Source: an uncultured virus (IMG/VR IMGVR_UViG_3300000929_000007)
Lineage: Duplodnaviria > Heunggongvirae > Uroviricota > Caudoviricetes
Strand: one strand, 5' to 3'
Virus record (IMG/VR): IMGVR_UViG_3300000929_000007
DNA length: 64,000 nt
Shown here one piece after another: positions 17,111 to 26,825 of this stretch (position 1 is the first letter of the stretch; each line of letters starts with the position of its first letter). A model generated the notes under the pieces. That model did not search any database, was not told the DNA's origin, and was given only the letters and a program-made list of their open reading frames with translations. Both the position numbers and the translations under genes were made by a program.

Positions 17111-18427
17111 ATGGCTGATTCAGAAGAGTTTCCGGTAGTAGATACACCGGTATTACAGATTAAACCACCTAATCCAATAGCGTCAGTATCTTCGGTCAGT
17201 AAAGGACAGTTAGATGTATTAAAAACCTTGAGCGTGTTAGCGGTAGATCAACTTTCCATATTAGAATTAGGAATTGAGATACCGTGCGAGGGTGGATTCC
17301 CTCCTACTCGTGCGGACATTGTCAAAGAGTTTAATAAGTTATCTAACATCCCAACGCAATTAAGACAAAATATAATCGACCTTAAAGATCAATTCGTCGA
17401 CGAGGTTGATGCTGAAGCACAAGAGCTTATAGATCAATTACAAGATATTATTACCGAAGTAGAAACTACTATTGAACAGGTATCAGATTTACTTGCTCCG
17501 TATTGGGACAAAGAAGGGAAGATTCGAAATTGGGAAAAGGAGGCGGACGATGCCTTCAATGAATTGATTCAAGATTATCAATTATTCATCCCAGTCAAGA
17601 TCGCGGAACTAATATCTAAACTGTTACCGGTTGACTTCAATTTGAATATAATGGGGATTGAAATAAACCTTTTAGAAATATTCACTGACGAAGAACAGGC
17701 CCGAATCAAACTACAGATTGAAGAAAGACTTGACGAACTATATCTATTAATTCCAGAACCTCTCCGGTCATGGGATGGTACGTACGGTGTAAAGTGCCGC
17801 GAGTGGAAAGCGAAAATCACTTGGCAATATATCAAGTCTGAAATGATGAATGCGGTTACCAATCTGGTGTGGGATCTGTTTAACAAACTCATCAAAAAAT
17901 TTAAAGAGATTTGGGACGCATTAGGATTACCTTCACTCCCAGACCTATTGAACTTTGATATCAATGAATGGATAGATTCTACTATCAAACAGATAGAGGA
18001 TGAAGTTAAAGATAAGATTGCCGAAGTCAATCAACAAATAGAACGAGTTGAAGGATTCTTCGAAGGCATGTCGGAACCCGACCTAGATGCTGAGAAGGCT
18101 AAACTTCAAGGTAAGGGTTATGCGATGATTGCTGACCAATTGAAAGAAATAGAAATTCTTGGTTTCAACGTATATGATGATATCATAGGCGGTGACATGG
18201 AAGGAAAAGTTAAATCCGCAGAGCAAGATATTGATAACTTCAAGAAAGGTGCTCGCGACTTTGCGCTTAACTGGCAATGGCATTTATTGAGTATATGGAT
18301 AAAAAAGATTAAAAAATTCCTTGATGCCATCGGACTCGGTAAGTTGTTAGAACTATTAACGCTAAGTTTTTGTGATGTTTTGGAATTACTCGGCATTCCT
18401 ACCAAGATTGAGATTGTTGCGCCTTAG
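17111..18427 (+). CDS. hypothetical helical acidic protein
   Basis: 438-aa ORF between gp5 and gp25. Confidence 0.75.
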   Translation: MADSEEFPVVDTPVLQIKPPNPIASVSSVSKGQLDVLKTLSVLAVDQLSILELGIEIPCEGGFPPTRADIVKEFNKLSNIPTQLRQNIIDLKDQFVDEVDAEAQELIDQLQDIITEVETTIEQVSDLLAPYWDKEGKIRNWEKEADDAFNELIQDYQLFIPVKIAELISKLLPVDFNLNIMGIEINLLEIFTDEEQARIKLQIEERLDELYLLIPEPLRSWDGTYGVKCREWKAKITWQYIKSEMMNAVTNLVWDLFNKLIKKFKEIWDALGLPSLPDLLNFDINEWIDSTIKQIEDEVKDKIAEVNQQIERVEGFFEGMSEPDLDAEKAKLQGKGYAMIADQLKEIEILGFNVYDDIIGGDMEGKVKSAEQDIDNFKKGARDFALNWQWHLLSIWIKKIKKFLDAIGLGKLLELLTLSFCDVLELLGIPTKIEIVAP

Positions 18428-18434
18428 CAAACTG

Positions 18435-18442
18435 TATAAATA
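18435..18442 (+). promoter_or_regulatory. T4-type late promoter
   Basis: TATAAATA 22 nt upstream of gp25 ATG. Confidence 0.75.
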
Positions 18443-18464
18443 CTACAAAAAGAGTTGGAAGCCC

Positions 18465-18911
18465 ATGTCAGTTAAAAAACTCACATCAATAGAAGATGGC
18501 AATCTTACCACTCGACCAATCACGAGTTCTATTCAAAAGAAAAACTCGGATATCGATTGTTCGTTTACGGTGAAACCATCTGGAGATATATACAAGAAGA
18601 CGGAGGCCTCCTCTGTGGCTCAGTCTGTCAAGAATCTTTTGTTGTGTAACAGAGGGTCTAAACCTTTTGCTCCGTCATTTGGAGCGAACTTGGAAGGTAT
18701 GTTATTTGAGTTAGGTGATGAGTTTGACGACGATAATATCAAATCGATGGTACGCAACGCTATTAATAATTACGAACCACGAGCGAAACTACAAAGGGTC
18801 GTTAGTAAATTTTCACCCGATTATAACTCTTTAGATTTAACAATCACCTTTCAGGTTATCAGTACATTAGAGCAGGTAAGTTTGAACGTGAATATTGCGA
18901 GGATACGCTAA
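18465..18911 (+). CDS. gp25: baseplate wedge subunit gp25
   Basis: SDID.SF, SVAQSVKNLLL...GSKPF.PSFGANL..MLFE, INNYEPRA. Confidence 0.9.
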   Translation: MSVKKLTSIEDGNLTTRPITSSIQKKNSDIDCSFTVKPSGDIYKKTEASSVAQSVKNLLLCNRGSKPFAPSFGANLEGMLFELGDEFDDDNIKSMVRNAINNYEPRAKLQRVVSKFSPDYNSLDLTITFQVISTLEQVSLNVNIARIR

Positions 18912-20771
18912 ATGCCTATATCAACGTCGGATCTCGATTTTGTAAACATTAAAAATAAACTGAAGACCTACTACAAGCAAAGTGGTGAGTTTACTGATTA
19001 TGACTTTGAAGCGTCTGGACTATCTAGCATACTAGATGTTCTCGCTTATAACACTCATGTGAATGGTCTGATTGCTAATATGGCTATCAATGAGTCATTC
19101 ATCACTACGGCACAACTTCGTACTTCGGTGGTTAACCATGCGGAACTTTTAGGGTATGTACCTAAATCTCGAACTGCGTCATCTGCTGAAGTTAAAATAT
19201 CAGTAGTTATTCCCAACGGGCCTGATATTATATCCTTACCGAAAGGTACAGAATTATTTGCTCAGTATGATGATATACTATATTCATTTAAAACGCCCAG
19301 CGAATATACTTCTAGAAAGTCAGGTGACCAGTATATATTCCAGACGGCAGCAGGTAGTGAACTTATAACCGTTTATGAAGGTGAAATTAAAACTAAGAAC
19401 TTCTTAGTAGGTAACGCTTCTGACGATAACGTATATGTTATTGAAGACGCAACGATTGATACAGACAGTATGGAAGTCCAAGTGTTTAGCGACTGGACTG
19501 GTGTAGATAGTTTAAATTACACTAATATTGACAAAGTATCTACTATTGATAGAAATTCTCACATCTTTATGTTGCGTGAGTCATCCAATGGGTTCTATGA
19601 GATTTATTTTGGTGGTGGTAGAATCCTAGGCAGTAGTCCTATTGCGGGTAACCGTATACAAATAAAGTACCGTTCCTCACGAGGGGCGGAACCTAATGGT
19701 GCGTCTGTATTCTCTACGGCACAAATTAGTTACTTGAGTAACTTTTACTCAGTTAATGTTACCACGATTACTCCAGCTAATGGAGGTTCTGCAAGAGAAA
19801 CTACTTCGTCAATTAAGTTGAACGCACCTCGTGGGTTTACTTCACAGCAAAGATTGGTTACTGCGAATGACTATAGTACATTAATATCCCAGAAATTTTC
19901 ACCTTTTATCAAGGATGTTTTCTGTTGGGGTGGTAACGATAACGAACCTCCACAGTACGGTAAGGTATTTGTAAGTCTTAATTTTATTGACGGTATCAGT
20001 GAGTTTGCTCAAGAAACTGTTAAGGGTAGTATTAAAGACAACTTAACTTCTAAGTTATCTATTATGTCTATCGACACTGAGTTTGTTGACCCAGAAACCA
20101 CATACCTCGAATTGCGCACAGTTTTCCAAGTAGACCAGACCAAAAACATTTCTTCTGTCGAAACTCTTCAAGCATTGGTGAATGTCATCGTAGATGACTT
20201 TGTGTCAGCTAATTTAGAGAAGTTTAACTCTACATTTAGACGTTCTAACTTATTGACTGAAATTGATAACATATCAGAGTACATAATCAACTCTAGAATG
20301 GATGTTAAATTACAGCAACGTATTCCAGTCTCCACAGAAATTGCGGCAATCGAATCCGCGACAGGTCAACTTGTTTCGGAAATAACCAGAAACTGGACAT
20401 TAAACTTCCCAGTTATATTAGCTAACCCAGATAATGATGACTATATCATAACGTCTACTGGATTTAAGTGGCAGGGACAGAATGTTAGCATTAAAAACAA
20501 ACTAGGTTCTACTCGACTACAGTTAGTTGATCTGAATAATATAGTTAAAATAGATAACATCGGTACGTATGACCCAGCTAAAGGTAAGGTATCCCTGATT
20601 GCGTTGTCAATCGATAAAGATTCTTATGTTGGCGGTTCTATTAAAGTAAGTGCTACACCTGCTAACCAGAGTACAGTAAAACCTTTACGTAACTATGTGA
20701 TATCACTAGACAAATCATTATCAACTACAGAGGCTGTATTAGATGATGGTACAACTAGGGTCTCTCTATAA
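18912..20771 (+). CDS. gp6: baseplate wedge subunit gp6
   Basis: LDF..IK..LK, FTDYDFEASGLS.ILDVLAYNTH, QQRLVTANDY, WGG.DNEPPQYGKVF. Confidence 0.95.
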   Translation: MPISTSDLDFVNIKNKLKTYYKQSGEFTDYDFEASGLSSILDVLAYNTHVNGLIANMAINESFITTAQLRTSVVNHAELLGYVPKSRTASSAEVKISVVIPNGPDIISLPKGTELFAQYDDILYSFKTPSEYTSRKSGDQYIFQTAAGSELITVYEGEIKTKNFLVGNASDDNVYVIEDATIDTDSMEVQVFSDWTGVDSLNYTNIDKVSTIDRNSHIFMLRESSNGFYEIYFGGGRILGSSPIAGNRIQIKYRSSRGAEPNGASVFSTAQISYLSNFYSVNVTTITPANGGSARETTSSIKLNAPRGFTSQQRLVTANDYSTLISQKFSPFIKDVFCWGGNDNEPPQYGKVFVSLNFIDGISEFAQETVKGSIKDNLTSKLSIMSIDTEFVDPETTYLELRTVFQVDQTKNISSVETLQALVNVIVDDFVSANLEKFNSTFRRSNLLTEIDNISEYIINSRMDVKLQQRIPVSTEIAAIESATGQLVSEITRNWTLNFPVILANPDNDDYIITSTGFKWQGQNVSIKNKLGSTRLQLVDLNNIVKIDNIGTYDPAKGKVSLIALSIDKDSYVGGSIKVSATPANQSTVKPLRNYVISLDKSLSTTEAVLDDGTTRVSL

Positions 20772-21742
20772 TGGCACAAATTATTGGAAAGGAAATTTAT
20801 CGACCGAGTTTCCACGCTCCCATAGTAAAGGGTGTACTTCCTGAATTCTATCAAAGCGAATATCCAAGATTAGTAGAATTTCTTGAGAAGTACTATGAGT
20901 ATCAGGAAGAACAGGGATTAGCAACATTCAGTGAACAGATTTATGATTTGTTTAATGCTCGTGATATATCGCACGTTAATCTAATAGACCTAGATACTTT
21001 AATATCAGAGATAAGTGATGGGTTGACAAGAGAATCATTTCATCCACAGCAAGACGCTAGGTTGATGACTCGATTACTGGCAGACTTCTATCGCGCTAAA
21101 GGTACTGTGTTATCGGTGAATGAATTCTTTAAAGCATTCTTTGACGAGGATGTTGAGGTCGTGTACCCTAAGAATAACATATTCATTTTAAATGACAGAC
21201 CGGGCAACTCTTTAATAGGGCCTAAGTCTCTGAAGTATATTCAGGACGATAGAAAATATCAGATATTCTCAATTCTTTTGAAAACAGGTATGTCATTAGA
21301 CGATTATCAAAGTTTTTATAAGAAAATGGTACACCCCGCTGGATGGTACCTTTCTGCGGAAGTACAGACATTAAGTGAAGCACAAGTTTATTTGAAAGCG
21401 GGGGATACAACAGACCCACTAGAAATACCTAGTTATGCTATTGAAATACAGACAACACCCATAGACGTAGACCTACGACCCACATACTCTTTACTTGTTA
21501 TGGAAGAGAATGACCCAGTAGATGCGAGAACTCAAGCACAGAAAGACGCCGGAGAAGGTATACTTATAAGTTCTTTAGAAACTCTAGAGAAATATGACGG
21601 TATAACTCTTCAACAGATTGTAGACGACTTCAACGATAGTGTCGCAGAGTGGGTTGGTGTTAAACCACCTACACTAGACGATGGTGGATTGGATGCGTCA
21701 CAGACCTACGAAACTATGGATGCGGGTGAAGGCGGTGGATAA
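20771..21742 (+). CDS. gp7: baseplate wedge initiator gp7-like (short)
   Basis: LPEFY..EYP.LVEFLEKYYE, DFYRAKGT..S...FF, VHPAGW; follows gp6. Confidence 0.7.
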   Translation: MAQIIGKEIYRPSFHAPIVKGVLPEFYQSEYPRLVEFLEKYYEYQEEQGLATFSEQIYDLFNARDISHVNLIDLDTLISEISDGLTRESFHPQQDARLMTRLLADFYRAKGTVLSVNEFFKAFFDEDVEVVYPKNNIFILNDRPGNSLIGPKSLKYIQDDRKYQIFSILLKTGMSLDDYQSFYKKMVHPAGWYLSAEVQTLSEAQVYLKAGDTTDPLEIPSYAIEIQTTPIDVDLRPTYSLLVMEENDPVDARTQAQKDAGEGILISSLETLEKYDGITLQQIVDDFNDSVAEWVGVKPPTLDDGGLDASQTYETMDAGEGGG

Positions 21743-21763
21743 TAAAAAAGGAAATAGAGCACA

Positions 21764-24700
21764 ATGACTCGGCAAATTATTAATACAGGCACCTCGGTTA
21801 ATGACGGGAAAGGTGATACTCTAAGAGACGCCTCTGCTAAAATCAATGCGAACTTTCAAGAGATGTTCTCGCTTGTTGATATGAGCGCAGCGGGTACTAT
21901 TACCCCAGAATTTATTTCTAATTACATTGATAGTTCAGTTGGCACTTACCTAAATGGATTGAATGTTCAAACTGTTCTTGACAACCAGAACAATATTAGT
22001 TTTCTGGATTCACGCGTCACGCAACATGATACTATTCTCACGACATTAAACTCAAATACCATCAATTTACAGTATGAGATTGATTTAATTAACTACACTA
22101 TCGAGAACACTCAGATTGGTGATACGGGGCCACAGGGCCCTCAAGGTGGTCAGGGGGAAATTGGTTCTCAGGGTGCTCAAGGAATCATCGGGCCGCAGGG
22201 CCCTATTGGTGTCCAAGGTGTCCAAGGGGCAATTGGTACCCAAGGTTCTCAGGGTAATGTCGGAGAGATTGGGCCTCAGGGTGTTCGTGGTATCACTGGT
22301 GTCCAAGGTATCCAAGGTAATGTCGGTGAACGCGGTAACCAAGGAGAACAAGGCCCTCAAGGTGACCAAGGTATCCAAGGTAACGTCGGAGAAATTGGAG
22401 CACAGGGTGAACAAGGTGCTCAGGGTGCTCAGGGACTTCAGGGTAATGTTGGAGAGATTGGAGCACAGGGTGCTCAGGGTGCTCAAGGTTCTCAAGGACT
22501 ACAAGGTAATGTAGGCCCTATCGGTGTCCAAGGTGTCCAAGGGGCAATTGGTGCTACAGGTCTTCAGGGTAACGTTGGAGAGATTGGTGCTCAAGGCGCT
22601 CAAGGTAGTACTGGAGTTCAGGGCATCCAAGGTAATGTTGGTGAAATTGGAGCACAAGGTGCGCAGGGTAATCAAGGTGACCAAGGTATTCAAGGTAATG
22701 TTGGTGAAGTCGGAGCACAGGGCGCAGTTGGTGCGCAGGGTTCTCAAGGACTACAAGGTAACGTAGGCCCTATTGGTGTCCAAGGTATTCAGGGTTCAGT
22801 TGGTGAACAAGGACTTCAAGGTAATGTCGGAGAAATAGGCCCACAAGGAATTCAAGGTGTTCAGGGTTCTGTCGGTATCCAAGGTAATGTTGGTGAAGCT
22901 GGAGCACAGGGTGCTGCTGGTGCTCAAGGTTCTATCGGTATTCAGGGTAACGTTGGTGAAGTTGGAGCACAGGGTGCTGTAGGTGTTCAGGGTTCTGCTG
23001 GTATTCAAGGTAACGTTGGTGAGCAAGGCGCGCAGGGTGCTATTGGTGCCCAAGGTTCTGTCGGTATCCAAGGTAATGTTGGTGACAAAGGTGCTCAAGG
23101 CGCTGTAGGTTCTCAGGGTTCTGCTGGTATCCAAGGTAACGTTGGTGAGCAAGGTGCTCAAGGTGCTATTGGTGCTCAAGGTTCTGTCGGTATTCAAGGT
23201 AATGTCGGAGACGTTGGTGTTCAAGGTGCTGCTGGTGCTCAAGGTTCTATCGGTATTCAAGGTAATGTCGGAGACGTTGGTGCTCAAGGTTCTAAGGGCC
23301 CACAAGGAGATCAAGGTCTTCAGGGTGCCGTTGGTGACGTTGGTGCTCAAGGTGAGGTTGGTTCCCAAGGTAGCGCAGGCCCTCAAGGAGCGGAAGGCCC
23401 GATTGGTACTCAAGGTGACGCAGGGCCACAGGGCCCCGCAGGTACAACTCCTGGCCCACAAGGCCCGATAGGAAATACCGGTGAACCCGGCCCACAAGGG
23501 CCCGCAGGTACAACTCCTGGCCCACAAGGGCCAACGGGTACTACTGGTGAAGCAGGGCCGCAAGGTGCTGTTGGTGCTCAGGGTGCTGTTGGTGCTCAGG
23601 GTTCTCAAGGTGATATTGGCCCTCAAGGCGATACCGGTGCTCAAGGTAGTGTCGGATCACAGGGTGCGGTTGGTTCTCAAGGTGCTCGAGGTTTTACTGG
23701 TGCACAGGGTAATGCGGGTTCTCAAGGTTCTCAGGGTGAACAAGGTGCTCAGGGTATTATTGGTGCTCAAGGTAACGCAGGAGCACAGGGTACTACTGGT
23801 GCTACAGGTTCTCAGGGTATTGTTGGAGCACAAGGTAATGCGGGTGCGCAGGGTGCTATTGGTGCCCAAGGTATCCAAGGTATTGTTGGNNNNNNNNNNN
23901 NNNNNNNNNNNNNNNNNNNNNNNNNNNNNNNNNNNNNNNNNNNNNNNNNNNNNNNNNNNNNNNNNNNNNNNNNNNNNNNNNNNNNNNNNNNNNNNNNNNN
24001 NNNNNNNNNNNNNNNNNNNAAGGTGCTCAAGGCGAACAAGGTGCGCAAGGAATAAAAGGTGCCCAAGGTAATGCTGGCGCACAAGGTGCTCAGGGTATTA
24101 TTGGTGCTCAAGGTAACGCAGGAGCACAAGGTAATGCTGGCGCACAAGGNNNNNNNNNNNNNNNNNNNNNNNNNNNNNNNNNNNNNNNNNNNNNNNNNNN
24201 NNNNNNNNNNNNNNNNNNNNNNNNNNNNNNNNNNNNNNNNNNNNNNNNNNNNNNNNNNNNNNNNNNCCTCAAGGTTCTCAGGGTATTGTAGGTGCTCAAG
24301 GTAATGCGGGTTCTCAAGGTTCTCAGGGTGAGACTGGCGCACAAGGTAATGTTGGTGCTCAAGGTAATGCTGGCGCACAGGGATCACAGGGTGAGACTGG
24401 CGCACAAGGTAATGTTGGTGCTCAAGGTAATGCTGGTGCGCAGGGCGGACAAGGCCCTCAAGGTGGACAAGGAATAAAAGGCGCGCAAGGTAACGCAGGA
24501 GCACAAGGTTCTCAGGGTGAGACTGGTGCCCAAGGTTTCACAGGTGCTCAAGGTAATGCCGGTGCGCAGGGATCACAGGGTGCTGCTGGTGCTCAAGGTT
24601 TCACAGGTGCTCAAGGTAACGCAGGCCCTCAAGGTGCTCAAGGTCAGGTAGGTGCTCAAGGTTTCACAGGTGCTCAAGGTAATGCTGGNNNNNNNNNNNN

Positions 24701-25296
24701 NNNNNNNNNNNNNNNNNNNNNNNNNNNNNNNNNNNNNNNNNNNNNNNNNNNNNNNNNNNNNNNNNNNNNNNNNNNNNNNNNNNNNNNNNNNNNNNGGTAA
24801 TGCGGGTGCTCAAGGTAACGCAGGCCCTCAAGGTGCTATTGGTGCTCAGGGTGACCAAGGTGCCCAAGGTGCTGTCGGTGTTCAGGGTGGACAAGGTACT
24901 TCAGGAGTAACTGGTTCTCAAGGCCCAGTAGGTGGATTTGGTAATGCGGTTCTATTTAATACCTCAACAACTCTTCCCGCTAATATCAATGCTACAGCTT
25001 CTGCTGCCATACGTTCTTTCCGAACAGTTAACACAGTATTCATAGGTGATATCTGGTGGCATGTAGGAACTGGTCGTATTTGGCGAGCAACCGTAAACCG
25101 TATTGACACAACTACTGACTCTACCTTCGTGGAAATAACCGCAGGTACTCGTACTTCTGGAGCAGGAGACGGATTAATCGATCTTAGTGGTATCCTAAAT
25201 ACTGCTAGTACTGGAGAACGTATCGCATTTACATCCTCCTCAATATTGATTTACGACGCTAATAACAAATTGCGAGTAAAACTAGGCGAATTATAA
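21764..25296 (+). CDS. collagen-like fibre protein with baseplate-attachment N-terminus (single gene inferred across three N-gaps)
   Basis: N-terminal RQIINTG...[17 protein letters not shown] (gp9/gp10-type); G-X-Y frame open in each sequenced segment from ~22118 to ~24935; globular C-terminus. Confidence 0.8.
22118..24935 (+). repeat. Gly-X-Y collagen repeat, Y mostly Gln, with 63-nt (7-triplet) super-period in the first half
   Basis: [19 protein letters not shown][IL]Q recurring; GGTGCTCAAGGT-type DNA repeats. Confidence 0.95.
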
Positions 25297-25304
25297 TGAA
25301 CAAC

Positions 25305-25330
25305 ATACCTCCTTCGGGAGGTATATTTTA
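25305..25330 (+). terminator. putative intrinsic terminator / UUCG hairpin
   Basis: ATACCTCC-TTCG-GGAGGTAT then ATTTTT. Confidence 0.65.
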
Positions 25331-25343
25331 TATCAGGTAAATT

Positions 25344-25898
25344 ATGTTTTTAATTATAGATGATTTTTACGCAGACCCAGACGCAGTCAGGGAATTTGCG
25401 CTCAGTCAAGATTTCAATGTCTCAGGAAACTACCCAGGCCTTCGAACAAAACCATGTACGAATAATGGTGGATATATTGACTCGACTAAAGCAACATTCG
25501 AAAAACTAACGGGAAAGACTATAACCCAATTCCCGTTAGATAATTACAACACCTCCTTTCAGTTCACTACCGCACTCGACAAAACGTGGATTCACCACGA
25601 CGCAATGTCATACGCAGCAGTATTGTATCTCACACCGGATGCCCCATTAGAATCAGGTACGGCGATATATCGTCACGGCCCAACGGGTATTATGAAACAC
25701 TCTCCCGAACAGATTGTTGATTTTAATAACTTTGCTCATGATGAAAGCGATTGGGAGATAGTTGCTGAAGCAAAGAATGTATACAACCGACTGGTAATAT
25801 ATGATTCACAGTATTATCACCGTAGTGTACTGCCCGGCTTTGGAAAGGACAAGACTGACGGACGTTTATTTCAAACATTCTTCTTTGAGGCAGAATAA
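25344..25898 (+). CDS. 2OG-Fe(II) oxygenase-like protein
   Basis: IIDDFY.DPD.VR, WIHHD (HxD), AAVLYLTP..SGT, NRLVIYD, YH, RLFQTFF. Confidence 0.8.
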   Translation: MFLIIDDFYADPDAVREFALSQDFNVSGNYPGLRTKPCTNNGGYIDSTKATFEKLTGKTITQFPLDNYNTSFQFTTALDKTWIHHDAMSYAAVLYLTPDAPLESGTAIYRHGPTGIMKHSPEQIVDFNNFAHDESDWEIVAEAKNVYNRLVIYDSQYYHRSVLPGFGKDKTDGRLFQTFFFEAE

Positions 25899-26779
25899 TG
25901 AAATTAATGACCACTTTGTTGACCTCTAATGATATTCCAAAGTTAGAGAGACTGATACGTTCAGTACAACAAGTTATTAAAATAACTCCAGTAGAATGGG
26001 AAGTTGTGATAGTAGTGAATAGTAATCGTGAAGGTTATTATGAACAAGTTCTACAAATAGATCAACCGTTTCGTGTAGTAAACACAGAGAGTAATGGAAA
26101 GCCTGGCAAAGGTAAGAACGCATGTCTCGACGTGTTCTTAGAAAGTGATTGCGAGTATGTTTCTCAGATTGATGGGGATGATTTTCTATATCCTTCTTAT
26201 TTACAGTCGTTATGGAATCATGTAAACCATTATATTTATATTGATGTTCTTGGTGTGGTACCATGTGACTGTATATGTGATTGGGAATTACAGTCTGGAC
26301 ATTATTGGTGGGTCAATGAAAAGTATCACGCAAGCGTATGGGGAACTTCTATGTGTACCCCTAATGCGGAACTGGGCCCACGTGTCAGTCACTTGTTCAC
26401 AGAAGACAGACCGGTCTCGGTGGACTTCATTATACTACAAAGTCGCAAGTCCGCTAAGCAGAGACTCAGCGAAGATATAGGTAATGGAGAAGACCACGCA
26501 TACACATACAAACTACTAGGTGAGCATCAAAAAGGAAATCTTTGTTACTTCCTAACTATGTCTAGTGACATGTATTGTATTGATAGAACAACCGAAGGTA
26601 GTGCTCAGAAAGTCCACAGTTACGATGAATACTTAGAACCTCTACGAGCTGAAGCACTCAAGTATGTCCCTAGGTGGAGGAGTAGTCCGTACGAACTTCC
26701 CATCATATATCAGGACTTATTAATGAATCATGTACAGAAACAGCACTGGTTGAACAAATTCTTGGGAACCACTGGCTAA
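25898..26779 (+). CDS. GT-A fold glycosyltransferase-like protein (GT2-like)
   Basis: LERLIRSV, EVVIVVN, G.GKNACLD, IDGDDFLYP, GED. Confidence 0.7.
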   Translation: MKLMTTLLTSNDIPKLERLIRSVQQVIKITPVEWEVVIVVNSNREGYYEQVLQIDQPFRVVNTESNGKPGKGKNACLDVFLESDCEYVSQIDGDDFLYPSYLQSLWNHVNHYIYIDVLGVVPCDCICDWELQSGHYWWVNEKYHASVWGTSMCTPNAELGPRVSHLFTEDRPVSVDFIILQSRKSAKQRLSEDIGNGEDHAYTYKLLGEHQKGNLCYFLTMSSDMYCIDRTTEGSAQKVHSYDEYLEPLRAEALKYVPRWRSSPYELPIIYQDLLMNHVQKQHWLNKFLGTTG

Positions 26780-26785
26780 GATACG

Positions 26786-26793
26786 TATAAATA
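26786..26793 (+). promoter_or_regulatory. T4-type late promoter
   Basis: TATAAATA upstream of gp8. Confidence 0.75.
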
Positions 26794-26825
26794 AAGAATA
26801 TAATTTCTAACAGGAAAGAATAACA

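Noticed and set aside
23890..24795. Apparent stop at 24055 and fragmented collagen ORFs (pseudogene or programmed frameshift)
   Set aside because: Artefact of three N-gaps; each sequenced segment has an open G-X-Y frame
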